Shown here piece after piece: positions 43,863 through 57,497 of a stretch of 64,000 nucleotides of DNA. The notes under the pieces were generated by a model. It made no database searches. It had not been told where the DNA came from and was given only the letters and a program-made list of their open reading frames with translations. A program made the position numbers and the translations under genes. This stretch comes from Octopus sinensis (Eukaryota), in the NCBI RefSeq assembly GCF_006345805.1, contig NC_043015.1, forward strand, positions 3,286,001 to 3,350,000, read 5' to 3'. Position 1 is the stretch's first letter, and the number at the start of each line of letters is the position of its first letter.

Positions 43863-45667
43863 GGTATCCAAGACAAAAGAATTGTTTAAATATCTTTCCA
43901 TGAAATGAGTGAGAAAACGATGCATGATATATCATAGCTGTCTTTAGAACCTCGTGAAAGTTGAGGGCCAATAATTTCAGTAAAGTTTTATCCCCTAATC
44001 GTAATATTGTTTCTGCTTTTTCTATTTTGAATAACTTTTAATTATGGGTAGGATTTTGCGTTCTTCTTTTCCTTTAATACAATGTATCAACTGTAGCGAG
44101 AACACCCACCAAATTATGCTTGGTTTTCCTAATGAAGGTTTCCTACTTTGAAGCTAAAATGTCGATTAATTTCTAAGATATCGTAACTTATAGAGTAACA
44201 GTACACGTATTTTCATATTTACATAAAGCCGCATGAATTATTAAAATTAAGTGTATTATGAAGGGCATTAAGAATTATATTTGAAGTATCATTAATTATG
44301 AAGAAAGTATAATTGCATTTCCATGTGTCTACAAACAGCATGGATTAGAAAGGTATCTATTAGGATATTAGCAATTATAATGGCATTAGCGAGAGATTGT
44401 CTAGTGCAGTTCTTACGCAATACAATTTATGGATAGAATATGTCAGTTAGTCGAAGCGTCTGAATATATGAGATAGCTGTTTAGTACTGGAAAAACCTTT
44501 GGAAATTCTGAGAGAATACATTTGATAAAAGTGTTCGTGTGTGGCAAATTGAGTTTTCTTTGAGTTGCCAAGCACTTCTAACTTAAACATTTTCTGTTAT
44601 TCTCCTGTAACTTTATTGCTATACCCCCCAACAGTATGACTCTGCTAAACACTGAATTACTGTTCAGGTCTAATATTTGGAAAAACCTATTCTAAATACA
44701 TGCAGGTATAATACTCTGAAGAGTTATAAGCGGTCTCTATTTTTTTTAAATGGAATGGACGTTCTTGTTTGAAGTACATTGGGATGTAAGCATTGGCGTT
44801 TTAGACGTTTTCTATGGTATGAGGATTAAAGCAATGGTTAAATTTTTTTTCTTAGAAAATGATTTTAAAAGCCCAAATATTTATCACGAACGTGATTAAG
44901 AACAAAAACCAATAACATTCATTAGCCGACAACTGCTGAATTTACAGTTTTTAATTTGTTTTATTTTTAATTTACTACTGTATGAAGCGAAGCTTTAGGA
45001 GACTCAAGTGATAATGAAAATTACCTTCTTTAAAAGGTAGTTCCGGCTATATGATGGCATGCGCCGCTACCAACATTTGTTGGTATATCTCCACGTTTTT
45101 CTTAGGCATCAACAAGGCAGTGCCCCAGTCCAGGCTCATCTCTGGGAGATACCTCCGCATCTGCTGCGGCCTTCTTTTATGGAGTCGACCAATACGAGCA
45201 GTAACCCACCTAGATCCTAAGTAAAGAGTGCACGGCAATCAGGGTCGCACATGGAAAAATCAAGCAACATAAAGTAACGGTTTGAGCAGGAACTCAAAAA
45301 TAACCCAAGTAAAAGAACTTTCCTACTCTGTGAATAGTATACATTCTGATATCAAAGAAGTCTAGACGACTCCCAAAAGCTGTCGATATTATCCAAATCA
45401 CACAAATAAGAACAGGACTGGGAGGTGCAGAGACGCAACACACGAAACTTTGTCCAAATGCTCAAATATTGGAGTCGCCAAACACCTCTGTATCCACAAA
45501 TTCACTCATATGTTGTTCCACACCCAATCTCACAGCAGAGTTACGTAAAGCGGTAAACAACATCGAAAGTCACACGTGTAACGGAGCAAGACGAGATCAA
45601 GTCATCAAAGACGTAGATTATTAATACAAACATAGATATATACATACATACATACATGTATATTTAT

Positions 45668-45722
<55 letters not shown>

Positions 45723-45857
45723 ATATATATATATATATTATATATATATATATAATATAGGATAACATTTTTCGAAAAAATGTAATGAATGGCCAGCATA
45801 TTAAAAATACCTTGAAAGGTTAAATTCATAAACAACTTATAAACAGTTCTAATAAGT

Positions 45858-45919
<62 letters not shown>

Positions 45920-45951
45920 ATATTATATATATATATATATAATATATATAT

Positions 45952-46163
45952 AACGGGAGGCTTTATGAAAATAAACAAAAGACGAAGGCAGGTGGAATAC
46001 AAACAAACAATTGTATTAGTATGCCGCTCAGGAATATAAATAAAACATGTCTTTTAAGTTTCGAGCCTACGCTCTTCAACAGAAAGATACACAGAAAAGA
46101 AACACAGAGAGGAACAAGGAGAGAAAGAAAATGCGTGCAGAAGCTAGCGAATCAACATGGCGA
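45952..46163 (-). mobile_element. PLE-like 3'-end fragment with HHR-like motif at 46050-46087
   Basis: Minus strand: tcttt-CTGTTGA-A-gagc gtag gctc-GAAA-ct-TA-aaaga. (TA)n on both sides. Homologous to 15862-16055. Confidence 0.7.
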
Positions 46164-46789
46164 TATATATATATATATATATATATATAGGTATGTAGGT
46201 ATGTATGTATAGGTACGTATCTACGTATGTGTGCATTCATAATTTGTAGATTTGTAATTTCAACCAATATATTCACGGTAGATATTTTATTTTCATAACA
46301 AACTCCTTTGGATGCCTTGACAGAATTGTTTCTAATTTACTCATACAGATGATATTTCAATGCGTTACCAAACGGTTTTAAATCTTGCTAAGGTTCCTGC
46401 CTATCATGCTTAAAGTTCTATACAGCACTTAAAGTGAATTATTGATTAAGATGTCTTGTGAAAATGTAATAAATTTTAAGAGCTCTTATTAGAGAAAAGC
46501 AGTGAAACTGCAGATTTCTTGCCAAATAATTGTACATTCCGACACAATCTACAGTTTGTAAACTACTTAACAACACTAAGTGAGAAGTTAGATATCACGT
46601 AAGCATTAATAATCCGACGTAAAGAAAGAGCTTTGCAAAACACGATTAAATAGAATTATTTGTTTAATATTTTGGCAAGCGATAATTTGGCTAAAGCTTC
46701 GGGGGAGAAGCTAAGTCGATAATGTTAACCCCAGTGCGCAGCTGGTACTTATTTTCTCCAACACGCAAAGATGAAAAAAACAAAACATA

Positions 46790-46993
46790 GGCGAAGGAAT
46801 GGCTGCATGGAAAGTAGCTTGCTTACCAGCCACATGGTCCCGGGTTCAGTCCCACTACGTGGTGCCTTGGGCAAGTGTCTTCTACTATGGCCTCGAAGCG
46901 ACCAAAGCCTTGTGAGTGGATTTGGTAGACGGAAATTGAAAGAAGCCCGTCGTATATATGTATATGTATGTATGTGTATATATATATATATAT

Positions 46994-47073
<80 letters not shown>

Positions 47074-47300
47074 TGTGTGTGCGTTTGTGCGTGTGTGTTT
47101 TTTTGTGTGTGTCCCACCAACATCGCTTGACAACTAATGCTGCTGTGTTTGCTTCCCCGTTACTTAGCTGTTCGGCAAAAGAGACAGAGAGAAAAAGAAC
47201 TACGATTACAAAGAATAGATACTGGGGTCGATTTGCTCGACTAAAGGCGGTGCTCCAGCATGGCCAGTCAAATTACTGAAAGAAGTAAAAGAGTAAAGAT
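46790..47300 (+). mobile_element. SINE family A, full length, apparently nested in a decayed minus-strand family B copy
   Basis: Complete family A structure. Family B-like sequence at ~46700-46776 resumes after 47300. aaagatgaaa occurs on both sides. Confidence 0.85.
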
Positions 47301-48311
47301 GAAAGCGTATCAACGCAATTTCGAACCCCAAAATGTCGCTAAGCATTTTCACCAAAGTTCTCACACTTGTGCATAAATATTTTACGAAATTTATAAGGAA
47401 GTGAACGTAATATCATTCGAACAGAAAACAACCCAGGAAGTTACTATTTATTGAGTGAGAAATCAACAAGTGGGATTTGCCTTAAGCACCTTATATTTCA
47501 GTGTACTACAAAATTTAGATATTCAAAATCGCAAATATTTTTTTTGTTCCCAAACCACATAGGAGAAATGTTTTAATGGCTTTCGCTAACGTCTTTCGCA
47601 CGGGACGCAAGACTTAAAATATCGGCATGTAGCTATTTTGAATAAAAAATGCATGAAATCAAGTCAGCTTCATTTAATCGCCTGCAATGAAGAACAACTA
47701 CAACGGCTTCAAAATAATACTAGTGATGATAGTGATGGTGAAGAATGATGATGATGATGATGATCGTGAATTAATCTGGACTTAATTCCGGGGCAATATG
47801 TGGGTGGAGATATGGGATCCATTGGTGTTCAGCTGTCTCCTAGTGACAATTATATTCAAGTTCTCCAACATACAGAAATACGATGGGATCAGGCCCAACG
47901 TATGGGTAGTAATAGCTCTGTAGTTTTGGTTGCGTAGCGCACGTGCAGTGGTCATCCAGGTACTGCTTGTGCACAGAGTCAGAAGGCGGTGTGATTCCGG
48001 ATCAGGATAAACCTAGAGGAAGTGGAATCCGACATCGAATAAACACAAAATGAAATGAAATATGTCTCTTCGAATTAAGTGAGATTCGGTTAGCTGACCA
48101 GGCAAGAGCAATACGAGCAAATATGTGTTTAGCAGACGTGATAATTGAAGAGATAAAAAGGAAACTGGGAAACAGTATCGATGGAAAATCATCGAGGGAA
48201 AATATGTATTAGAATCCCACACTGCCTTTTAGTACAATATACGCCTGGAGTTTGGCAGAATGAGGCAGTTCATACAAACACGCATTTCCGTTCTAACCGA
48301 GGAATATATAC

Positions 48312-48355
<44 letters not shown>

Positions 48356-48393
48356 ATATAATATATATATATCTATATATACATATATATATA

Positions 48394-48459
<66 letters not shown>

Positions 48460-48461
<2 letters not shown>

Positions 48462-48513
48462 GAACGGCAACGAGAAACTCAGAGTAACAGATTTTGTTGA
48501 CTTTTCTGCTGCT
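48460..48513 (+). mobile_element. ~54-bp extreme 3' fragment of the same PLE family, starting inside the HHR core, within (TA)n
   Basis: atgaacggcaacgagaaactcagagtaacagattttgttga..ttctgctgct matches 58586-58640, with (TA)n on both sides. Confidence 0.85.
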
Positions 48514-48528
48514 ATATAATATATATAT

Positions 48529-48571
<43 letters not shown>

Positions 48572-49392
48572 CTGGACCTCCGTCGGGATGTTGTAGCAGC
48601 CACTAGCCAATAAATCTTCTCTCGTAATAGCCGTTTAAATAGAATCTCAGTTCTTGTGGTTCACATTCATTATACATTTGTTACTCCTCTGTATAATGTC
48701 GAAGATTTCCATTATAAATCGACTTTTTCACAGCCGCAGCAATGATTCCATCTGCTTTTGTCGATACCATGGTTTACGCAACATATTTATGTATGGCGGT
48801 AATATCCTGTAAGTTGTGCTCTTTGCATAACATAAATTCCTTTAAGATAATTATTCAATGCAATATATACCCCGATACTAAAGACAGAAGATATTTGTCT
48901 TGATTCTTCCAGACATCTCCTGTTATGCGTGTTAGGCTGCTCACATACAATTCTAGCCTCACTACCATTTTGTTAAGGATACTGAATCATGTGGAGAAGG
49001 CACATAACAATTATATAAAATATTCCCACAAGAGAAGATTTGTTAACGAAGCATTCATCAAGAGCAAGAGAAACAGTGCAGCTAATAAAAGTCATTACAC
49101 GAAATTGTCTTTGCTAGTTTACTGCAGCCATAGATACTAGATGTTGTTGTATTTGTCTGAGATGCAATGAATTCTACATGGCAGCAAGGAATTTGTTAAT
49201 TTCTGTATAAGAGTTTTACCGAGCATTAGCCTTGTTTTAATCCGGGTATTCATAAAACCACTTACATAAACATACACATAAATATTATCACGTATATACA
49301 AACGCAAAAGCAGGCGTGCATCCGCGCACGCACAGAGAAATACAGATACATAGACACATGTATCTGAATATATGAATATATATATATATATG

Positions 49393-49462
<70 letters not shown>

Positions 49463-49480
49463 TATATAATATATATATAT

Positions 49481-49767
49481 AATATAATTCGAGACAAAAC
49501 CACTATTTTGAAACGAAACAAGGAAAGACTCAATCAATACATAAATTTTAATATAAATTAAATAAACCGCCACTACAATGTTTCATGTCTGCTACCGACA
49601 AACTTCAGGTGGATTTTCGATCTTCTAATCAGTATCAAATTTTCCTTGTTTGGTTTTAAAATAGTGGTTTTGTCTCGAATTATATTATATAATATTTTAC
49701 TATAAAATTGGATTTAACCCTAAATCTGATTTTTCCCTGTAATTTTGGATTATTTCCTAATATTTAT

Positions 49768-49770
<3 letters not shown>
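49481..49770. mobile_element. Miniature inverted PLE-type insertion in (TA)n with HHR
   Basis: Inverted repeat 49481-49526 / 49641-49686. The right arm continues with a tail to ~49770. HHR on - at 49570-49612. Confidence 0.75.
49570..49612 (-). ncRNA. Type I HHR motif (A9U deviation)
   Basis: ccac-CTGAAGT-t tgtc ggtagca gaca t-GAAA-ca t tg-TA-gtgg. Confidence 0.65.
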
Positions 49771-49847
<77 letters not shown>

Positions 49848-50087
49848 TATACTTACATTTATATTATTGTTAGTGAAAAAGCATCTCAAATACAAAGCCT
49901 TGAAACGTAAAAACAAAACTGAGAAAAAGCGACTATTATATTTGAATCGCATTTTGTGTGTTTGAGCTATTTGTACACACAAGATACGTATCCACAAAAG
50001 GAAACGCCTCAGAGAGTTGTTTGTATAGCTCATATTTTCTTCCATTTTCCCATTTGTTTCCTTTGTTTACAGTTATGGTCTTGTCTT

Positions 50088-50202
50088 TTACTCTGATGAA
50101 ACTCTGCTGCCTTTTCGAATTCCCTATGAAGATGAAAAAAATTATTATCGCATCTATTTATTGACACCATTTTGGCAACCGATCAGAAACGGCCGTAAGT
50201 AA
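50088..50202 (+). ncRNA. Type I HHR with ~86-nt expanded helix II region, in (TA)n-flanked island 49851-50303
   Basis: ttact-CTGATGA-(86 nt; tgcc/ggca can pair)-GAAA-cggccg-TA-agtaa. Perfect 5-bp helix I, palindromic helix III, GUA site. Confidence 0.7.
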
Positions 50203-50303
50203 TGTTACGTCTCCTCATTTTTTATGCCTTGTATGAATAAATAAACTATAACTGTGGTCCAATCGATGTGGTTGTTAATCCGTGATTTTCTCCATTTTCT
50301 AAT

Positions 50304-50374
<71 letters not shown>

Positions 50375-52239
50375 GTGTGTGTGCGCGCATGTGTGTATAT
50401 GTGTGACTAATAGCACAAACACCAGGCGTTTCCCAATTTAAAGAAATTTAAAAACGCTGACTACATTACGCAGGTCTCAACTGCTAGTAGCTGAGATAAC
50501 AACTTTCTACATAACTCTGCAACCCATGCCATCATGGAATATAGACATGAAATGTATAGAGAATGTTTTCAACTCATATATTTATATGAAGTAAATACAC
50601 GCGAATTGTGTAATTAAATGTTCAGCAAGAAGAACGGTTCCATATATACTGTAGAATAAGGAGAGGGAATAAGAAACAACCTTCCTCCTGTGAATGAAGT
50701 TTACATATTCCTGTTGTGATAGGAGATAGGTACTTCAAAAGTTTACATATACGGAGCTCGAGGCAGTGTTGTCACATATATGGTAACGTACTCAGCTGTT
50801 TATAGATGTAAAACTGATTCTGTTATTATATTTCGCAGGAGATTTTCAATTAACAGGCTGATAGCCGCTCTAGATCATGTAAGACGGTACACAATGAGCT
50901 GTTATCATAAGCACAAATCATCACAAAATTTCTTCCTTCAAATAACAAAGAAAGCAGGTGATAGTCTTTAGTTTCGTTTCTAAGTGCTGCTTCATTATGG
51001 CTGACAAGACAACCCAAGTGAGAATATTTTTTTTCTGTTTTTAGTCACAAGTTTCCGACTACTTCTCGCCCATGAAACACAAGGCAACCACATGTGTCTC
51101 AGAATGTTGTATTCAAATACGATGTGTTGAACTGTCTGTTATCGCTAAAGTAGAAGGTTATTCCACTTAAATATATACACCGCCCAGTGTATTATGCGTC
51201 TACATATGCGTAGACGTGTGAAAAATCCATATTCAAATATTCCCTACGCAAATCGCGTTATAGGCGGTGGGAATAGGTGTTAATTTCAACAAGCTTTCAT
51301 AAGCACCGATCACCGAATTGATTTTTAGCTGGATTATAAATAAATCCTCTGAATTTAGCTCCTTTCTATTTTATGGCTGACGAGAAGTAACGTATTGAAA
51401 CACCAGTGTCTTAACTGGTCTGAACAATCCGTCTGACAGGATAGAACGTATCCAAACATAGGGGGCCCATGTAATCATTGATACGAGGATTTGTTAAACG
51501 CAGCGTTGGCTTAAAAGGGGTTATTCATCTGAGAGAAAATTCTACAACACACAACTGTAAGGACGGATTTTCACTGTTGCTAAATAAGCACCAATCCAGC
51601 ATTTTGTTTCGACGTATATGCATTATTTGACTCATAAACAATTCAATTCGCTTATATAAGTCTCATTAGAGCTACTGTTTAACGATAAGCGAAATCCCGC
51701 GTGAAAGGGAAGGTGGATCGGGAAAAGAGTCGTTGAAATACCTATGTATTATCAGTGTCAGTATTAACTTTTCAACTAAATAACATTTACATTCAAAGAA
51801 CAACAAAATTATAAAGGATAAAATACTATCTACAACTACCAAAATATATTTCAATATGTCTGAAATATTATTAATCCAAACGTGTTTAGGTCGAAAACAA
51901 TCGTTCGCTACGTAATAACAAAATATGAAAGCATATAAATTTAGTATCGGGGTCTTATTTAATCTAGAGACTGCAATGAAAAGTCTAAAAAAAATGATAA
52001 TATACTTTTATATTGGTATTACATAGCAACTCTTTATGTAAAGATATTGATATAAAAATATTGTTTAAAGTAAGGAAAAATGCTCTTTATTTATTTAATT
52101 TATTGGGGGAATAATTCCGTAATAAATACGAAGATAAACCTAAGATGTACTTTACTTAATTTATCGAATGGAGAATCCCGTAATTCTGAATATTAACTTA
52201 GATCTACAATAAGTACAACATATATTGCCCAATATATAT

Positions 52240-52309
<70 letters not shown>

Positions 52310-53461
52310 TATATATATAGAGAGAGAGAAGAGAGAGAGAGAGAGTGAGGCTATAATAATGATGAGACGTATATAAGCAAATTGAATAGTTCATAACACA
52401 CATAATGTATATAAGTCGAAACATGTTGTTGGCGATTTTCGTTTTTTAATATTTTATGTTATGGTATCGTATATTATATTATAAACATATGTTATGTTAT
52501 ATTATGATATAACTACAATGTTAGATAGTCAACTCTATTTCTCTAGTTAATTTATTCTTTGTATATATATATATATTGTAGATATAACGATCTAACTTTA
52601 TCATTTAGCGTTTAAGCATATATTCAAAATGACTTGTAATATACTTATTTTGGACACCGTTTGTTTTATTGAATTTCCTTCTCGGGAAAAGAGTCAAGGT
52701 TAGAATTTTGTGATCACTAGCGCAACATAACCAAATTATTCTCCATATACAATATATGAATGATGTCATGACTCCTTCTTATTTGCAAACTATAAATATC
52801 TTGCTTCATTCTGCAATATGAGGATTTGGATAAATGCAATAAATTCTTTTTTACACCTGATTTGCACAGCTTCACGCATTATAAAATAAGTTATTCCGAA
52901 CGTTAACCTAATGTATATTGGCGTATATGAATACATACCTTGTAACAATCGTTGATAAATGATATAATGTCATAGCCTCACGAGAAAATCACAAACAAAC
53001 CCATTAGAACCGAAGAGCTATATCAATATTTACAAGCTGAATAGAAAGAACATTTTCCCGCTTTAAGTAGTGAATCTGGTGAATACAAAATGAAACATAA
53101 AGATGTTGGGTTTGGAAAATATTAGAAGTACACTAAACGAGATAAACATAATTTCCGAGTTACTGGTCAGGTTTATTCAGAGTGCACTGATACATATATG
53201 ATTCTAAGCACAGAACACAACAATAAAAGGAATAGTCAAAAGGTATTATTTTAAACACCGTATTCAGTCGATTATATGTGTGTATATATGTGTATATGTA
53301 TTTGTGGGCCGCTGTTTCTCGGTGTATGTATATTGTGTCTACAAAAAAGCGGACGCCTGCAAGTGTTAAGTATAAGAGCCCAACGTAAATAATGTGCACC
53401 GAGTATTCTCCTGGCGTAAGTAGAGGAGGGATTTCTATAATTAGAAGTACAGGGTATACTA

Positions 53462-53680
53462 TTTTACTCTTTTACTTATTTCAGTCATTTGACCGCGGCC
53501 ATGCTGGAGCACCGCCTTTAATCGAGCAACTCGACCCCGGGACTTATTATTTCGTAAGCCCGGTACTTATTTTATCGGCCTGTTTTGCCTAACCACTAAG
53601 TAACACACCAGCATCGGTTGTCAAGCAATGCTAGCGGGACAAATACAGACACACAAACACACACACGCATATATATATAT

Positions 53681-53727
<47 letters not shown>

Positions 53728-53935
53728 TATATATATATATATAATATATATATATACATATATATATACATATATACGACGGGCTTCTTTCAGTTTGCGT
53801 CTACCAAATCCACTCACAAGGCTTTGGTCGGCCCGAGGCTATAGTAGAAGACACCTGCCCAAGGTACCACGCAGTGGAACTGAACCCTGAACAATATGGT
53901 TGGTAAACAAGCTAATTACCACACAGCCACTGCTG
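53462..53935 (-). mobile_element. SINE family A, full length
   Basis: Reverse complement of family A including internal (TA)n. Confidence 0.9.
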
Positions 53936-54149
53936 ATAAACATAACAAATGTAGGCGATATAACGATGAACACAAACTTCTTGTTGACCCTGCATTCGAT
54001 TCTCTTAGTGCAGTTGTCTGATCGGGGATGATCGGGGAGGTAATCTGAAACATTTATATAATTAGATACGTACATGCATACATATATACGGAAACAGACA
54101 CACAGAACGCATGCGCATATATATGTATGAATGTCTTCATGTATATATG

Positions 54150-54187
<38 letters not shown>

Positions 54188-54223
54188 TAATATACATATG
54201 TATATGTACATACATATATACGC

Positions 54224-54294
<71 letters not shown>

Positions 54295-54388
54295 AGAGTA
54301 AACACATAAATGTGAAACCAGGTGGAAAAAAGAGTACTCAAATACCAGTGGTAGAGTAATATGCTTTATTTTAAGCAGCAGAAAATTC

Positions 54389-54442
54389 AACAAAATCTGT
54401 TACTCTGAGTTTCTCGTTGCCGTTCATCAGACAGTTTTTGCT
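54389..54442 (-). ncRNA. Type I hammerhead ribozyme (mirror copy in left PLE arm)
   Basis: Reverse complement of the 58571-58624 motif (aaaatctgttactctgagtttctcgttgccgttcatcagacagtttttgct on +). Confidence 0.85.
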
Positions 54443-55496
54443 AGAATGGAACCGATATATTAATTCAATCTAGACTCTTACAAACGCTACACCTTTAAAA
54501 AGAAATGGACTTGTTTGATTGGCCCTTTAGAAAAAACGGTCAATCTTCGAGCGATAAACAAAAAGGTCAAAAATATATGTATATATATATAAAAACTTAT
54601 AGAAATTATAAAATCCGAGGAAAAACCTTACATTGAATAAAATACATATTGACGTTAATGAAGAAAGTATAAATTAATGCATAGAAATTAAACCTGTTAT
54701 AAATATTACACTGCAACACATATGTATATTAAAATGTACATATATATATCAACATACACAGAAGGATGCGTGGAAACGCCATACATATACATAATCTAAA
54801 TATATACATAAATGCATGCGTACATATATTCACGCAAACCATCTCGCACGCAAGTTAAAAACATCTATGTAGCGATTCTCATATACTGAGTAAGGGGCGG
54901 GGGAATGAAAGAAAGGAAGAAGAGAAAAAGGAACGAAGGAGGGGTGGGGAAAAACGAAATAAGAAAAAATTATGTATACAAGCTGTGTAACGGCATTATT
55001 GACATATATGGAGACAAGTTACAGATACACAAGTTCGAATGGATACATATACATACAGTCGTGTATATGTGTGCTTAAGCACAAACATACGTTCAATTAC
55101 ACATACACAGATACGCATGCTTACAAATACATATCCATGGCTATACACATACTTATATAAACATTCTAATTTTTGACAACATTGCTTTTTTTAAAAAAAA
55201 CATTGCTTCTTTTAAAAAAAATGGGTGCACTAATAAAAATATATACGAAAGACATATAAAACAAAATATAACACCCTATTTCGATCATTTATAAATAATC
55301 AAAGTAATCCTATACAATACAATAACATGAAATAAACAAAGCCGAAGGTTTTTCCTAATGTATATGTAGAAACATAAGACTTTGCTATGCGGATTAAAAT
55401 CCGTATAGTTTGAAACAAAAACAAAATCCATCGTAGCGCTCACAGTTCAAGAGTCAAAATCAAAATTTCAAAAATCAAACATACAAAATATATATT

Positions 55497-56718
55497 CTAT
55501 CCATATGGTATATTTAGATTCGACATTTTAAATTTAGCCGCGTGCCTACATAAGTTCATTAGCTCACTTCTTTGATTCAAAGAATTATTGTCTTTGAATA
55601 AGATGTACATTTTCTCTAATAGGCAAAGATTGCACTTGAAATTATTTTTGTATGTTCCATGCCTGTATGGTGCCGCCCTGTCCAGAATGCTCCGTGTCAC
55701 GTTGAAAGGTGGGGTTTCCTTTTCTTTTAGTTCCCAGACATATTTTGCTAGGCTGGTCCTCTTCCTATTCTCTGGGTATTTAAATGCATTTTTATCTTGT
55801 TTTAAATGAATTTTCTGAAGCCCCTGTGTATGTCTTGTATTCCGATGAGCCTTCCACTTGCACCTTGGCTCTATAAACTACTCCTTTCACTAGATATTTC
55901 CCTTCTAACGGACAGGAGCTTTCGTTTTTGAAATTGCATTTCTTAATGGGCTCGGCACCATGTCTAATCTCAATTAGCTTCCTATTATGTTGGCTAATGT
56001 AAGAGGGGAAATTTCTGCAACAAGAATAGCTAACCTTCAGGGTTCTTCTATTAAATATCCTATAGAATTTATGACCCTGCTTAAAATACTTAGAGGCTAA
56101 TCTCAAAAATTCCTTACCTATATTAGTCTTTACGGCCAAATTGAAAGCCGGCTTGAACCACAAAACTTTCCTGGTCCTAGTTCTTCGTGCAGCATTATTA
56201 TCAGCATTAAGCTGGTTGTACTGGATCTTCTCAGAGAATCCACTATTCTTTAATGCGCTATCGTAATAAGGTGCAGCATTATGGAATGCTGCCTCGTCCG
56301 AAGAAATTGAAGATATTCTTCTACCTACATTGCTGACTAAGTTCCTAAGGATAACTGGTGGATGGTTCGAATCTTTGCTAATATACGATAGCTTTTCATT
56401 GGGCTTACGGAAAGGTTTAAATCTATCCGACCTTACATTAACATTTACGTCTAAAAAATCTACACTATTCAGGTTAGCATCTATCGTAACCCGTAAGACC
56501 ATCCTTTGAAAGAAAGCTATAAGGTCCTTCCTAAGTCTATCTGATTCATGGCCGTTTAGATTATGCGTGGCTATAAGGCCGTCATCCCTATATAAACCTG
56601 CATCTATAAATGGGAATTCTATTTTTAGATTATGGAGAATAAAGGCTCCTATGAGCATACATAATTCAGCCCCGTCGTATGCCCCCATCGGTACATCGAA
56701 AAGAGAATCCTCCTTATT
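55497..56718 (-). pseudogene. PLE polyprotein fragment: RT C-terminal half/thumb, Cys linker, GIY-YIG endonuclease; frameshifted near 55790
   Basis: ORFs 55792..56730 and 55497..55700. Motifs YRDDG, KVLWFKPAF, KVSYSC, GVVY..YTG, CNLCLLEK, LNQRSELMNLCRH. An ~11-nt deletion relative to the right arm breaks the frame. Confidence 0.9.
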
Positions 56719-57497
56719 ACGATAGCGCATTAAAGAATAGTGGATTCTCTGAGAAGATCCAGTACAACCAGCTTAATGCTGATAATAATGTTGCACGAAG
56801 AACTAGGATCAGGAAAGTTTTGTGGTTCAAGCCGGCTTTCAATTTGGCCGTAAAGACTAATATAGGTAAGGAATTTTTGAGATTAGTCTCTTAGTATTTT
56901 AAGCAGGGTCATAAATTCTATAGGATATTTAATAGAAGAACCCTGAAGGTTAGCTATTCTTATTGCAGAAATTTCGCCTCTTACATTAGCCAACATAATA
57001 GGAAGCTAATAGAGATTAGATATGGTGCCGAGCCCATTAAGAAATGCAATTTCAAAAACGAAAGCTCCTGTCCGTTAGAAGGGAAATATCTAGTGAAAGG
57101 AGTAGTTTATAGAGCCAAGGTGCAAGTGGAAGGCTCATCGGAATACAAGACATACACAGGGGCTACAGAAAATTCATTTAAAACAAGATTTTATTCTCAT
57201 AAAAATTCATTTAAATACCCAGAGAATAGGAAGAGGACCAGCCTAGCAAAATATGTCTGGGAACTAAAAGAAAAGGAAACCCTACCTTTCAACGTGACAT
57301 GGAGCATTCTGGACAGGGCGGCACCATACAGGCATGGAGCATACAAAAATAATTTCAAGTGCAAACTTTGCCTATTAGAGAAAATGTACATCTTATTCAA
57401 AGACAATAATTCTTTGAATCAAAGAAGTGAGCTAATGAACTTATGTAGGCACGCGGCTAAATTTAAAATGTCGAATATAGATATACCATATGGATAG
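56712..57497 (+). pseudogene. Inverted copy of PLE thumb-linker-GIY-YIG region with in-frame stop at 56892-56894
   Basis: ORFs 56679..56894 and 57093..57497 repeat the peptide of the minus-strand copy. TAG replaces the AAG of the other arm. Confidence 0.9.

Noticed and set aside
45020-45600. GC-richer block with 63-aa ORF
   Set aside because: Stops in all minus frames between plausible splice sites and no recognisable domain; probably an old repeat.
47745-48270. Possible decayed LINE 3' end on - with (CAT)n tail
   Set aside because: No protein motif I can identify with confidence.
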